Below the pieces are notes generated by a model, which saw only the letters and a list, made by a program, of their open reading frames with translations, ran no database searches and was not told the origin of the DNA. A program made the position numbers and the translations under genes. A DNA stretch of 52,358 bases, filler included, from Bipalium vagum (Eukaryota), in NCBI GenBank assembly GCA_037834085.1. It is 3 parts of 3 records of this genome, joined end to end, with 100 filler letters (N's around TTAATTAATTAA, not from the genome) between each part and the next. Parts side by side here need not be neighbours in the genome. Positions count along the whole stretch, not along the records: positions 1 to 20,229 come from JBBMKC010254257.1; positions 20,330 to 36,110 come from JBBMKC010146130.1; 1 more part is not named here. One strand, 5' to 3'. Below, one piece after another: positions 13,101-26,874 of this stretch. How positions within the stretch are numbered: position 1 is the stretch's first letter; the number at the start of each line of letters is the position of its first letter.

Positions 13101-13880
13101 GCTTTTTTTGTGTCCTGCTTTTCCACATCCAAAAAATGTAGGGATTTTCTTCTCTGGACAGTCTCGGCTAAGATGTCCGATTTTTTTACACGTCCAGCAT
13201 TCTTTTTGTCTTCTTGTTGGCAATCGTTTTCTGTGTTACTAGATCTTTTGCAAGAATGACATTCTGATCTGACTTGCTCTACAACAGGTCGAACTCCTGC
13301 TTTGGGCCTCCGTACATTCTGATATCTACCTTTCGTCGCTACGTCTCTATAGATCCTGATGGTATTGACTTGATAGAGTGTTTCTGTCGGATTCCATCTA
13401 TTAATTTGATTAAATCTTCCATTTCTTCTATGATTCCTAACTTCCTCAATTCGATCTCCTTCTCGATTTCTGAATCTTTTATGCATCTAATAAGAGTTTT
13501 TTTCAAAAGGCTTTCCTTTGTTATTTCCTGTGACAAGACATATTCCACCATTTTACGGACGTTCTGGAGAAAATTTTCCACACTATCGGCTCCTCTACGA
13601 TATTTGATTAACTTTTCCCAATCACCTATCATATCTTTTGGTTTGGAAAAGGCCAAACGTAATCTTCGAATTCACTAACTTTTCCGGCTGTGCTTTTGTA
13701 CTTCTCCACTAAATCTAAGTCTAATAGACAATAGATCAAGGTTTCCCTTCTTTTCACTGGTGTCTCATTCACTGTGAAATACCTTAAACACTGCGTGATG
13801 AATTTTTCAACATCGTCACCCTTACAAAACGTTTTTGGATAATAAAAAATAATTAAAAAAATTCCCCAGATCTGTTTAGC
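10200..13880 (-). mobile_element. Decayed Ty3/Gypsy LTR retrotransposon (gag-pro-RT-RH-INT, many frameshifts)
   Basis: Gag with degenerate knuckle CHSCKRSSNTENDC; protease LLDTAAG (~12590); RT LDFR..N, YFSSIDL..AYYQ, YLDD; RNase H DTNA..IGAVLSQ, TRKKLLAV; integrase HHMLAHTG and VDICGPL. Domain order is Gypsy-type. Confidence 0.93.
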
Positions 13881-14776
13881 CTCCTCATATCTGAAATTAT
13901 ACCTGTTTTATAATTAATTGTTTTGTCTGTAGAACTCCACCACGCATTATTTAGACATGTTACATGATAGAAATCTTCGATACCCAAGGTTCCAAAACCT
14001 CACGATATGTTAATATTATCTTCGTTTTTGACAATTTTCAGACAGATTCGGAAGTTTACAGAAAGCTTCCCCCTGTAAAAATTTTATGCTGGATACAAGC
14101 TACGGAATTTCAGAATTTTCTCCATGTAGATGGTAACATCTTTTGTTAAAGGAGCATTAATTTAAAAGAAAAATGTCAATAAAAACAAAGCGAAGACCCG
14201 ATATTAATTGGTAAGTAGCCAATTTTATATTCCAGTAACTTAAATGTGCTTTATAAATTAACATAAAAATAAAATTAATTGTGATTATATAAAACTGAAT
14301 ATTTTCTGTTTAAAATAATAATAACAATAAATAAATATTCGAAATATTTTTTGAAAAGCTAAATATATTTTAAATTATCTGCCTATTACAAATAAGATAA
14401 TTTTTCTGGAAAAATTATATATGCAATTTAAAATTCTTAAATTAAAGATTAAGGAATTAACTAAAGAAGTATTATTTTACAATTCTGTAAGAAAATTATG
14501 TAAAACAATATTTTTCTTATGAAAATGATTTGAAAAATATTTTTATAATAATATATTTTTTTGAAAACCTAAATTAACCTATTGAAAAAATTTACATTGT
14601 ATAAGATGGACTAAGGCTGCTTTAAATACGGAATATATTTTTCGAAAATGTATTCAAGAATGGAAAACATTGAATAAAATTTCATCTCATTTCAAACATA
14701 CAAAGTTTAGAAAAATATAAATAAACTATAATATGTAAAATTATATTTTTACATTTTTATAAATCATTCCAAATCT

Positions 14777-14987
14777 TCATCTGAAAGTGTTTTGGTTGAT
14801 CTGGGCGTTGTTTATCCTAAAAACCAAAGTCACCCATTTGGAATTGTCGAAACCAATCTCGAGAGCACGGTTGCCATAAATTTCTGAAAGCATCGTATGC
14901 CTTTCTCCAACAACGCATCCTATAAATGTGCTTCTTTTTGGAATAAAATTAGTCAAATTAAATCGATCGGTTTTGTTTGCCGTACAC
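14777..14987 (-). CDS. Putative terminal exon of an orphan spliced gene
   Basis: About 70 open codons, GC above flanks, ttttgttaag| acceptor; no recognisable family. Confidence 0.35.
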
Positions 14988-15479
14988 CTTAACAAAATAA
15001 TATACCATTACTTTAACATTCAAATATTAACCACTAATAAATCTTACCAATTGATTAAATTATGGTTGAATTATTTATTAAATTAGTTAATTAAAGCACA
15101 TATCACCTAATATAGAACATAAATAAAAGATCTAATGTTGCTATTTTTTTTTGGTAAAATCTTCTTTTTAAGAAAATTATTGAGATAAGATATTGTTTGT
15201 TCCCCCTTAAGGATGAGATCCATTGTATAAACCTTGAGACTCGTATATTACTAAAGTTTTTAGATGATCTTTTTATAATTGTTGGCGTGGAATGACGATT
15301 AAAAAATGATCAGGAACTGTTACATCTATTTTTATCATAAAGATCAAAATCCCTAAACGAAAAATAACTACCGTATTTTCGCGCAAGGAATTTTTAAAAA
15401 AAGTAAAAATTAACTAAAAAAATACCAATAATTTATTTACAAAAGACGTATATCATAACAAAAAATACATTTTGAATTA

Positions 15480-16745
15480 TTTTTTGATTGTTAATATTTA
15501 GTTCAACTTCCATGGGAATAATTCACTTCATAAATCCTATTTGGCATAAAATTTACTAGTGCTCGCAGGACGCTGTTATGGATTTTTTCCCAACAGCGAA
15601 TTATCTCTCGTTCCAGCTCTGAAATTGATTCATATTGTTTCCAATTATCATATAACGGGCGTGCTAGTATCCCCCAAAGATTTTCTATGGAATTCAGGTC
15701 TAGTAAATAGGGCGACAAAGACATAACATCGATATTTTTGTCTTGTAGTCATTGCGAAGTGGAACGTGCAACATGGCATCGACAATTATCCTGTTGGAAA
15801 ATTGGTTTGTCTCCCCGCCAAAATCATTCATAAAGGGAAGTAAATGTTCTCCTAAGAGCATTTGATAATCAAATTGATTTAATCTGTCGGTAATAATCGC
15901 GACAGTCGACTTCCCGTTGTAATTGAAACCACCCCAAATCAACAAGGAATCTCCTCCAGTGTGTCTATTCGAAAAAGATATCTAACCGGGTCCATCCAAA
16001 TTAAACTTCTGTTCGTCACTTCAGATGACCTTTTCCCATTCGGTGACCCACGTCATTTTCTCTTTAGCCCAAAAGGCACGATTGATTTTATGTTGTGGCT
16101 TCAAAGGGGGTTTTACCAACATCTTCTTATACCGGATCTCTACGAACCAATTTAGGTTGAATAGGGGGTTTTTTTCGCACAGAAATATGCTTTGGTTGCT
16201 GGCATTCCTAATAATGGAACGCTTTTTTGCTGCGGAAATCTTTGCCTTAGAACCCAATATCTTCTTTTCTTTATTTTTTATCTTCAAAAAGTATCTTATA
16301 CTACTTTCATTCTTCCCTAACTTGGAGCCGATCCATCTGTTCGATTTTCCGGCGTCGTGGTAGGCATAGATCATTCCATTTTCGGTGTCGGTTAATCTTG
16401 CAATTTTACTCATCTTACTACATAATTTTTTTATAAAATCTTAGTATTCGTCAGACAGAAGTAGTTACATTTAGTATTTAATCTTCAAACGTTTAAATTA
16501 TATAATTAGATTTAAATAATTTCACTTTTAAATAAGTGCGGCAATAATTAGTTGGAATTAATTATTTGATATATTATAACAAATCACTTTTATGTTAAGT
16601 AAATAGTTGATTTGTTAGGAAAAATTTATTTTAAAATCTTAAAAATATTTCATGCATAATACAACAATCAAAAAAATTATTTTAATTTAAATTAGTTAAG
16701 ATTTATTATATTCTCAAGGGGCGGCAATAATTAGTTGGAGCACTG
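15480..16745 (-). mobile_element. Tc1-family (IR/DR type) transposon, degenerate, one end lost
   Basis: HTH N-terminus, SDE..FNLDG, LIWGGF, PYLLDLNSIENLWG. Terminus TA|CAGTGCTCCAAC; 19-bp repeat GCGGCAATAATTAGTTGGA at 16538 and 16721. Confidence 0.9.
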
Positions 16746-17644
16746 TATTAATTATTAAATATAAATTGGTGACTAATAGAAAAAAAATGATCACAATCTT
16801 GATTTAATATTGCCGAAGAAATGTAGACAATATCTGATCACAAAATGCGTAAGATTTAATTTTATAGCTATTGATAATATATATCAATAGTTATGAAACA
16901 CATTGGAAATATAATTTTTTTAGCTGGTGGGAAAATAATAAATGATTTTACACTCAACTATAAACTTAAATAAATCAGGTCTAAATAAATTTTATTAGTC
17001 AAAATAACAACCACTAAAATTTTTTGCCCAGGGGAAATAAGGTTATTTATCCCAACATTGTAAAATTTGGCAACACCCTGATTATTGAATATTTTTTCAG
17101 CAATGTCAATTATGCTTTGTCAAACAAATGTTATCATTTTACTAAAATACAATTATTTGATATATGTAAAATAATTTTTATTTCATTTAATAAAGTTCAT
17201 TTGAACTTAATTGATTTGAGGTTAAAGTTGAATTTCAAAATCGGACATTATTTTCCGACTAAAATAGAAAATTTTCAATTCAATTTTTAATTTTTGAAGA
17301 TATTACCTAAAACAAAATGATTATATCTTTAGAAAAATTAAAAATTGTATAAAAATTTCAACAATTATAAAATATAAACAGAAGAAATATAATTGAATAA
17401 ATTTTTGAAGAGATTTTTTTCTGTTAGGTTTTAAATTATAATTAAAATTTAATGATTTGAAAAGATAAAATCTAGCAGAAATCAACTGATCACTGTTTAT
17501 TTTAGATTTTGTTATAATTATTATAACTAATCACTTTAATCAACTAAAATGAAAACTTCACGTAAAAATCACATACCCAACATTTCCCAGAATTTTGAAG
17601 AAATAATATATACGTTTACAAAGAAAAACTTTCGAACCACTTAC

Positions 17645-17761
17645 CGAAATGAAATTGTGAAGGGAAAGGCTTTGAGAATAGTTTATGTAGGTTTTAAAGA
17701 GGGTCACTTTATTGTTAAATAAGAATAGCGAGAATAGAAACCAAATTGACTCTGTACGCAT
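17645..17761 (-). CDS. Putative first exon of an orphan gene (hydrophobic N-terminus)
   Basis: ATG to perfect GTAAGT donor, 39 codons (MRTESIWFLFSLFLF...); a phase-compatible acceptor cag|GGT lies at 17077. Confidence 0.4.
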
Positions 17762-18899
17762 TAATAACAAATAAAAGTTAAATGTCAATTAAAAAAATGA
17801 TAAAATGAAGTATATTTATTAACATTATTAATTTTAATCTTTTTAATTTCAAAACAAATATAATAATATTTGTAAAAAATAAAATTAATATATATATAAA
17901 AATATTATTTTAAAAAATTTTACTAACAAAATATCTTTGGAACAAAAAATCATTCATTGAGAAAATTGGCAGCATGTCTAGAAGATCTTAAGTTTCTTTG
18001 GTTTTCTAAGCAATTTTTTTTATTCAGATTTTAATTCCAGTTTACAAATTTTATAATGTAAAAATTGTGGATCAAATTTATTGATCATTTAAAATTTAAT
18101 AATAAATTAAAAAAAACCTTTTTTCACATTGACATAAACACAGTTGTACTGATAATTTTCCTAAATAATAATTTTTTAAAATTTATATAAAATTTATAGT
18201 GGCTCCTAGAAAACGAGATGGGCACTTTCATTAAACTATTTTACCAATTGATTCCCCTAGGAGGCCCCTTTTTATGAAAATAAAAAGTACAAATCGAAAA
18301 TCAATATGAAAAAAAAAAAATTTCAGTCAATTGAAGTATGAAATAAGTTTTTCAAAAAATCAATAGAAAAATTATCAAATATATTAATTAAAAAATATTT
18401 TAATTATTTTCAGAAAATGTGATCCAGAATTATGGGATCAAGGAAAATCAATTTTTGCTATAAACAAGTTTTGTCATGTAATTTTTTGTTAGAAAAATAA
18501 ACATTGAAAAGTTCTGAATTTATTAATAATATTTTTTCAATAAGAATAACCCGGGTACCGTAATAAGGATTTTTAAATTGATTTTTTAAAATATAGAATC
18601 TAATAAATTAAAATTTATTGTACTTGTTTCAAAAATTAAATCATTTTAAGCAAATAAATATTTTATTTATTTCATATATTAATGTTATTACTACTAAGTC
18701 AATTTCTAATTACTCTTTAATATTAAAATTTAAATGTGCAGTAATAAATTGAAAATATTTTAATAAAGTGTAATTCTGGTAAATAGTAACTCAGAAAATG
18801 ACTAAATATAATAATTATATAACTAATATTAATAACATTGACCAATTTAAAATACTTTTATCTTAATGTTATGTTGAATTAATAAAATAAATGTTTTTT

Positions 18900-19250
18900 G
18901 TTTTTCTGAGTTACTCCCAATTGCTTAGCAAGTTCCGCATGTATCACTGCTGTATTATCAGGGTATTTGTTCCAAACCAATAAGCTAAAATCACCACTTT
19001 CAAAGCGTCTGAACCAAAATGCGTATACGTCCGACGACGTATTCATCATCTTATTTTAATCATCTTTACCAAGAAAAGAACAAATAGATTTAATTACTGT
19101 TGTTGCACTTTCTCTTACTGAAATTCGTATAGATTGCAGTGGCGAAAATGTAGTTTTTTATATATTATAAGTACATTGTCTGTTCCTATGTTAGACACTG
19201 CTGGACCGTATTTTTTGACATTTCTGTTTAATCTTCTTGAAAACCTGATA
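18900..19250 (-). mobile_element. mariner transposase N-terminal relic
   Basis: FWFRRFESGDFSL and ELAKQLGVTQ motifs. Confidence 0.65.
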
Positions 19251-19670
19251 TTAATATATTATTAATCGATAACCTGATTAATATAATATATTAATAATCG
19301 ACTTGAATATTAATCGCAGATTGAAATATTAAAACAACTATATTAATTATATATAATAATTAAAAATTTGGATTATTTATTTGTACACCTAATAATTTTT
19401 TAAATTATTTATTATTTTAAATAACAAAGTTAATTATAACATAATTTTAAAAATATTTAGTGAAAGAATAAAGGAAAATTTCTGTGAGAAACATTTAAAA
19501 TAAAACAAATTATTTAAACAAACCTTTTTTGACATTTGTAGGGAACAAAAATAACAAACAAATTAATGAAAATCAAATGATATTTAGGAAAAATGTAATC
19601 AAGACAATTTTTAGTTTTTTTCATAAAAACATTTATGCTTGTCTTCAGGTTCTTGTCGGAATTTGGTTCT

Positions 19671-20197
19671 TCACGGCTGGGATCTTATGACATAAGAGAT
19701 TCTTGATTTCAGAATTTTCGGTAAGTTCTCATGTTTTTGATAAGTATTTATTTCTTGCGGTGAAATGTAAGCTAAAAATAGCAGGATCCCCACTCCAGTA
19801 ATTATTTCTAAAATAATAATATTCCTGACCCGTAAGATATTAATTGATAATTAAAAATTAAATCAATCAGCACTGATTACGCAAATTACACTACCAATCT
19901 CTATTGTTCCATGGGTTAGTTTGCGTAATCCAAGGGCAATAAAAAAAATCCAAGTTCCATATCCAAGAAGAGGATATGCAATTATGAAAAGACGAACAAA
20001 AAAAGAAACCAGAAAAATTATCAGCTAAAATTTTTAACGATTTAGGTTCACAAATAAAAAATTATTATTTTCGATAACTTAAAATTAGAAAAAATAAAAT
20101 CACACATTATGCAAATATAACGACATAAACAAAATGTTTAAATCAAATAAACACAATAAAAGAAAACTTTTATGTTGTCCGTCTACTTTCTTGGTAC
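19671..20197 (-). CDS. 3' exons (20106-20197, 19895-20024, 19671-19807) of a polytopic membrane protein; 5' part lost at the gap
   Basis: Three phase-compatible exons with GT-AG introns (81 and 87 nt) give ...FLLLCLFDLNILFMSLYLHN-LIIFLVSFFVRLFIIAYPLLGYGTWIFFIALG...EIITGVGILLFLAYISPQ...SQP*. Both donors (GTGTGA, GTAGTG) are weak. Confidence 0.55.
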
Positions 20198-20229
20198 CTA
20201 TGATAAGTTCAAATTTCAATTTATATTTT

Positions 20230-20329
20230 NNNNNNNNNNNNNNNNNNNNNNNNNNNNNNNNNNNNNNNNNNNNTTAATTAATTAANNNNNNNNNNNNNNN
20301 NNNNNNNNNNNNNNNNNNNNNNNNNNNNN
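20230..20329. other. Assembly gap linker
   Basis: 44 N + TTAATTAATTAA (stops in all frames) + 44 N. Confidence 0.97.
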
Positions 20330-21735
20330 AAGGATTTTCATTCAATAGGGCTTGGATTTCTTGATCTTCAAATGATAAACTTCGACCTGGGCGTTCAATA
20401 TCTTTGTACTTTCCGGTACACCTAATACGACTGGGCATGTTATTGTTAAGTTTACTGAAAACAGTGAATTTTAAAAACGATTAACTTTGTGGACTGTGAT
20501 TGAGCAACTTGACATAAACTTTTTTATAATTCAGTAGGTTTTAGTGCGCGTATGAACGGAGTTAAATTTCAAATGACAACTTAAATAAAAATCGATTGTA
20601 AAATTAAATTTTTAAACGTGACAATAATATAGTGAGATAAAAAATTTTTTAATTAAAAATATTTTTAAATAAATCTAACAAATTTATTATTGTTACAAAT
20701 TATTTTTAAGTTAAAACCCGAAATATATGAAGATTGCCAAGAAAAGTCAGATCACCCTTCAGTATTCTACTCTCAAGGACCCTCAGAGAAAAATTCGGTT
20801 CTCCGTCCTACTTGACTTGAAGAACTCAAAAAAGGGAATACTGGGAAATCAGTAAAAAGCAAAAATTTATATTTTTTACTTGGAAATCTGTTCACGTAAT
20901 AGTGTGAAACCAAAATTATTTTTGTAATCAAATCACCTAATGATTAATTTAACAAACAAAATGTATTTAATACAATGCTTAATTTTTTCCTCTACTGATG
21001 CAAGTTCTGGTTCTCTTCATTTTGCACTGAAATTTGTCGTTTCTTTTATACACCTGAATATGCGGGCTGCATGCGGGTTCTAATCTATTTCTTGCGGGCA
21101 TCTGATAATTAGTTTTTTATTTTTGTTAGAGTTCTGCTGATAGTTGGATATATTGTTCTTTTTCACCTGTTATTGTAATTTTTTGTGTGTATCTTTTAAT
21201 TAATCTGATTATTTATATTATTTTATATTATTTATTTTTTAATAATAGTAACTTTATGTGACTAATTTCTAAATTATTATATAAAATATTATTATATATT
21301 TCTATTTAGAGTAAGTTATATAAAAGTTTTTTACTTCATTTATTTATTTAAATACTTTTTGTTACTACTAAATTTTCTAACAAAATTTTTATTATTAGTC
21401 ATCTAAATACGATATTAATTAATTATTATATTATATTTTTTGTTTTAATAAATACTAAATACTTTTTATATTTTAGTTTGTAAAGTTTTACAATAATTTT
21501 TATATTTTATATTATTTTTTTAACCAGATAAGAAAGAAAAATAAATAATTAAATCCGGGCTTAACTTTAACATGAAATATTGAAAAATAAAAACTTTTTC
21601 CAAATAATAGCAGAACAAATAGCAACAAAATTAAACACAAAAAGTTCGGATAAATTTTATTGTTATTTGATATTTGAATTGGATTGGGTTGACAAACTGG
21701 GAACTGGGCCTGAGAATCTCTACATTAATAATACA
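20330..21735 (-). repeat. Composite repeat copy B including mariner 5' part (20330 to ~20765)
   Basis: Inverted homologue of copy A; minus strand encodes DIERPGRSLSFEDQEIQALLNENP (Mos1-like linker) up to the gap. Confidence 0.75.
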
Positions 21736-22648
21736 AATTTGACATCTTTAAATTTCTCTGAATGATGTCAAAAAGTTTTATCTTAACATATTTCCTTTTT
21801 AGTAAACTCCTTCCACTATTCGATGTGGTTCATATGTGGAGCATCCAACAATAAAAATTTACTTTTTGTGTGATCATTAGGTATTGAATTAAAAAACATT
21901 TAATATTGTGATTTTTATTTCCTGTAAAAGATTATAACAGTCGATCTTTACTCTTCAAATAATAATAATAATTATTATTATTAATATTATTATTATGAGA
22001 AATTATAAAAAGAAATATAATAGTAAAACTAAAATTAGAAACCTTAGGTTACTAAATATAGAAAAAATATAAAAAAAAACAATAAGTTTTATAATAGAAA
22101 ATAAAATATAATAAATTATATTTTAAGTACTTTAGTACTTTACAAAAATAGAAAAATTAAGAAAATAATAATATAAATAAGTTAACAAATCACGGATCGT
22201 TTATGCCCTCATTGCATTCAAGGATTATCAATGTAGAGTAAATATTAGTGTTATTGTTATTATTATATAAAATCAAACTCATTTTCCGGTAATTACTAGC
22301 AATTAGGATTACCTATTTCTTTTTTTTTTCACATTCTCTCGTTCTGCTATTTTTGTTAGTAATTTACACAGCAGTTAGGACAGGTATGTTACCTCAGAAC
22401 CTTTCCACAGATTACAGAATAACTATGAAAGGATATCAGAGTTTCTCATTTAAACTACTTTGTCATCCCCAATTTTTGCAAAAACCTGATTTTGAAATTG
22501 TTTTTTGAGTTTCTACCGACCATTTTCGATATTTTTAACCTCGTAAAATCATTTTAGTAGGAACTTAACAGTATTTTAATTACTTAAGATTAAAAATTAT
22601 ATTTTTAATTTTGATGACATTCAAAATCTGTCTATGTAATTAAAATAT

Positions 22649-22778
22649 AGAGGGGTCCATGAAAATGTCGTTTTTTTAGAAATATTATTAAGAAAAATAT
22701 TTCAGTACATAAATATATCATTATTATGTACTTTTGTGTCACCAAATACTTTATTTAAAAAAAATTTTGGACCCCTCT
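22649..22778. mobile_element. 130-bp MITE
   Basis: Perfect 11-bp TIR AGAGGGGTCCA / TGGACCCCTCT around an AT-rich interior. Confidence 0.6.
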
Positions 22779-22899
22779 TCTATAGATGAATATAACAATT
22801 CCCTTCACGTCCTTCAAGAGCTTTTATGACTAAAATTTTTGATTTTGATGTTTAAAAAATATTTTCAAATTATTCAAGAGTACGAACAAATACAATCAC

Positions 22900-23345
22900 A
22901 TATCGTTATAAGGGACCAGTTTTGAAATTTAAAATGTCTGTTATAAAGAGGGTTTTTAAAACGGGGAATTTTGATCACATAACATACACGGATTACACAG
23001 TCAATAAAATATTTAAAATTAAATTTTTTTTAAAAAACCAAATTGTGTGTTTGTTTTCATTTTGGAATGCAAAACCATTTTTATTTTTTCTTCAAAATCA
23101 TTTATATATTTTCATCAGTTGATGTTTTAGTCGATGATATAAATCTCTTAACAGTATCACGAGAGGCTAGAACTTCTTTTTCAGTTGAAATATCTGGTGA
23201 TTCTTTCATAAATTTTTCGTCTGAAGACATAGAATCACTTGATTTGATAAGTTCTACAATATTTTCAATGTTAAGCTCTTCCCACGATTGAATATCTTCA
23301 TCAAAATTAACTTATTCACAAGCTGATATCGGATCATCATTTATT
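22900..23345 (-). mobile_element. pogo/Tigger C-terminal relic
   Basis: Acidic tail VNFDEDIQSWEELNIENIVELI...EVLASRDTVKRF; CGTTATAA-type subterminal motifs. Confidence 0.5.
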
Positions 23346-23559
23346 CATTTAAAAATTCTAACAAATATAATAATTATTTAAACAATTCCAGTAAAAAAAC
23401 GTTCTAAAATAAATTTAAAATTTGACAACAGCTTGCTCTAATACATAGGGTACCTTATATATAACAAATAGGGTAATTTTCAGTCAATTTTTAAAAAAAA
23501 TATTTCATTCCAATTTGTCCCTTAAAATAGGTATTCCTTATAACGATCAAATAATCTGT

Positions 23560-24030
23560 AAATTGGATATCTGTTTAAATGCATAAGAACCTGAAAGAAT
23601 TTTAAAAAATCGCTGAGATATTGAATACTTATTTCAAAAACATTGTAACAATGGACTCCTTTATAAGTCACAGTAAAAATTTGGATCGCTTCATTTAAAT
23701 GTGGTAGTAAATTGATTGAGCATGGTCTAACCAGTGGTCGTTTCTCAGTTAACATATTTTTGTTGTTGAAATAGATGATATTGGTAGTAAAACACCAGAT
23801 CTTATTACTTGTGAAATAGGTAGTACAAAGAAAATCTCGTATGAAATTTGCCCCATAATTTGAAACATAAACTACACTTGAGAGTTTTCCTGGAAAAGTA
23901 ATGTCACTATCTCAACAATTCAATAAAGAAGTGTGTGAAAAGAATTTTTTAAAGAGTGGTTGAAATGTTTTAAACAGAATTAATCTGATTTCATACGCTG
24001 TTTTATAATTGCTGACGAAATATTGATTAT
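23560..24030 (+). mobile_element. mariner 5' relic
   Basis: TVKIWIASFKCG..SGR and FIRCFIIADEILI (first catalytic D) traces. Confidence 0.6.
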
Positions 24031-24342
24031 CAAAAATTTATCTAAACCCTTCAACTGCAAAAATTTTTTAAAAAATGTTAAGAAGAAAAATTGACTTATG
24101 AGACGAAGTATAAATTAAGAAAATATTTTTTTATCATCTGCTTTAGTTATAAGAAAACTGGATAAACTTTTGTTCAATATTTCTCTTTAAAATAAATACA
24201 GGGTGTTTCATAAATATGTATACGCGTTAAAAGCACAAATAATAATCTAATATCAACCGGATTTATTAATCCAAGCATTTTTTGTACAAAAACTATCCAA
24301 ATAAGAAATGGCTATCAACAAATAATAAATTAATTAATAAAT

Positions 24343-25657
24343 TAATTAATTGCCGCACTTACAAAAATTACATTATCTTTTGTCCAAAGATTTCAAAATA
24401 TTTATGCAATGTAGCTATAAGTGTCTTATTGCAAACGTAAAAAAATAATTGAAAAATTCTTAACATAACCAACTATATTAAGCAAAGAATAAAAATATCA
24501 AGAAAAAACCGACACAAATTAAATGCCACAATTTCGAAAAAATTGATTTTTATTTACAAAAAGTGTACCAATACGATTCTAATAGTTTATTGAGCTGCCG
24601 TGAGCATAAATTCTATTTGGCATTGAAGTTATCCAATTTTCCAGGATGTATTGATCCATGTCTTCCCAACAGCCAATAACTGCCGATTGCAGCTCATCAA
24701 TGGAATTGAATTGCTTTCCACCAGCATATACCTTCCGAACCAACACTCCCCATAAGTTTTCTATTGGCTAGTCCATAACTTCAATATTTTTACCTTTTAG
24801 CCATTCCATAGTTGAACGGGATACTGAAAGACAGGGCTGAATCCGCCAAAATCTTTTATAAAAGATAGTAGATTGTCTTTCAGGAGTCTCTGATACCCCC
24901 AGAGACTGATACCCCCATTGATTTAGATTGCCGGAAACAGTCGCCAGACTCGACCTCCCACTGAAATTGAAACAGGCCCAAATCATTAAAGATCCTCCGC
25001 CCGAGTGTCTTTTGGAAAATTGCATGCTTTCTTTTCTCAAATCATGCAAATAGTATGCATGGCCATCTGGTCCGTCTACATTAAATTTCTTTTCGTCACA
25101 ATAGATAACCTGCTTCCATTCGTCGCCCAGTGCTACTTTACTTTTCGCCCATTGCAAATGCTTCAATTTGTGTTCAACATTCAGTGGTGGTTTATCACCA
25201 ATTTTTGTTATTTTAAGACTTGGGAATTGTTGATAAAACGGCGGATAGTCTCCTTGCTTACGTTTAAGTTAAGTTCATGTTTAATTGTCGAGTTGGAAAT
25301 CGATTTATTGCTGGCTTTGCGAATAATCAATCGTTTCGTTTTTGGCGAAATCTTTGTGTTTGGAACAGGCTTACGATTTTTGATATCTCCATTTTTCAAA
25401 TAATATCTTATAGAGCTTTCATTTCTGTTTAACTTATTTCCGATCCATCGGTTTGATTTTCCAGTTTCGTGGTAGGACTTGATCATGTCTTTCTCAATGT
25501 CGGACATTTTGCTTAAATTTGGCATGGTAAGAATTTACTAAACAGTTTAAATAATAATTTTTATAATTATTAATTCTCACTTATTATATATTGTAAAAAT
25601 TTTAAGTTTAAAATTGATAAAGAAAATCCAAATTCAATTTAGTGCGGCAATTAATTA
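24343..25657 (-). mobile_element. Tc1-family transposon related to the 15.5-16.7 kb copy
   Basis: ORFs 25208-25525 (HTH) and 24768-25166 (CDEKKFNVDGPDG, MIWACF), PIENLWG; perfect 17-bp inverted repeat 24343-24359 / 25641-25657. Confidence 0.9.
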
Positions 25658-26874
25658 TGGTCAACAAAAATTTTGAACTATATAAACAAATTAAATTTAG
25701 TTAAATTACAACTTAATTTAAATAATATAATGCTGTTGAAATAAGTTCTTATATCTTGTACTTTCATCAATTTTACTCAAATCAAAATTCCTGGCTACCA
25801 AAATTTTAGATTTTATATTGCTTAATAATGTACATAATATGTAAATGTATTAAAAAAATCGCCAGCTTATTAAAATTGCAGATTTTTAAAATTAAAAGAA
25901 GCCGTGCTCTAGTTTGAACATACTCATATAAATATGAAACAGACTGTAAGAATTAATATTATTTAGGGTCATTAACTTGAAAATGTTTAAAAAAAGAAAG
26001 TGTGAACAATCTTCTATTCTATATTAATTTTTTTCTTAAAAATTTGTGAATAATTAATAATTATTGATTTTAGAATTCAGTGTTTTCTTAATCAATTTTT
26101 CTCTATTTTATTATGTAGCTTCATTAAAATTATATTTACAGAAAAATGTTTTTAAGTCGAGTCACGATAAAAATAAAAGTAATACATCAAAAAACAATTG
26201 ATTTAAAGTAATTTTTAATGGAATTTGATTATTGAAATATCCATAATTGTTGTTACAATTCTCTTGTCGTGAGAGTCTCCACATGTTCCTAAATTTCTCT
26301 ATTTATAAGATTAAACAATATCATGTGGGTTCTTTTTTCAATTGTAAAAGAGTTTAAATTAAAACAAAATAAATATTTTTTTGATTTTTTTAAAACAAAA
26401 TTAAATGATTTTACTCTGGACTTAAATGAAATCTCATCAAACAAATTAAAAAAGTTTTTCTGTGAAATTTTTTTTCCTTATTTATAATAATTTTTTACTT
26501 AATTAATAAGTTAGAAATAAAAACCTGTAATTTCTCACATAACAAATTTTATTTATTTTTTAAATAACTTTTCTTATAAAATACTTTTCCAGTTTTCCTA
26601 ATTTTGTTTCTTAATTTTTTGCTTAATAAATTAAAATTTTGTAGATGATTTGTTAAACTTCAAATCCTAATTGTGCATAATCCTTCACATTTTCTTTCTC
26701 TTGTACTGTATTCTGTTTCTCTTTGGTTTCTCTATTCAATCGACTGAAATCATTAAATGAAGTTTTTTGTTAACCTAATTATTTGGGAATACTTTTTAAA
26801 TAATTATAATTATATTAATAAAGATAATGGTAATCATTAATAGACCTTAACTCACTTAAACGATTGGATAAGTA

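Noticed and set aside
13930-14200. PBS or 5' LTR for the Gypsy relic (TGGTGGAG on the minus strand)
   Set aside because: No matching second LTR or clear TG...CA boundaries.
20274-20285. TTAATTAATTAA palindrome inside N runs (also 36155-36166)
   Set aside because: Identical 44+12+44 layout twice: an artificial linker, not biology.
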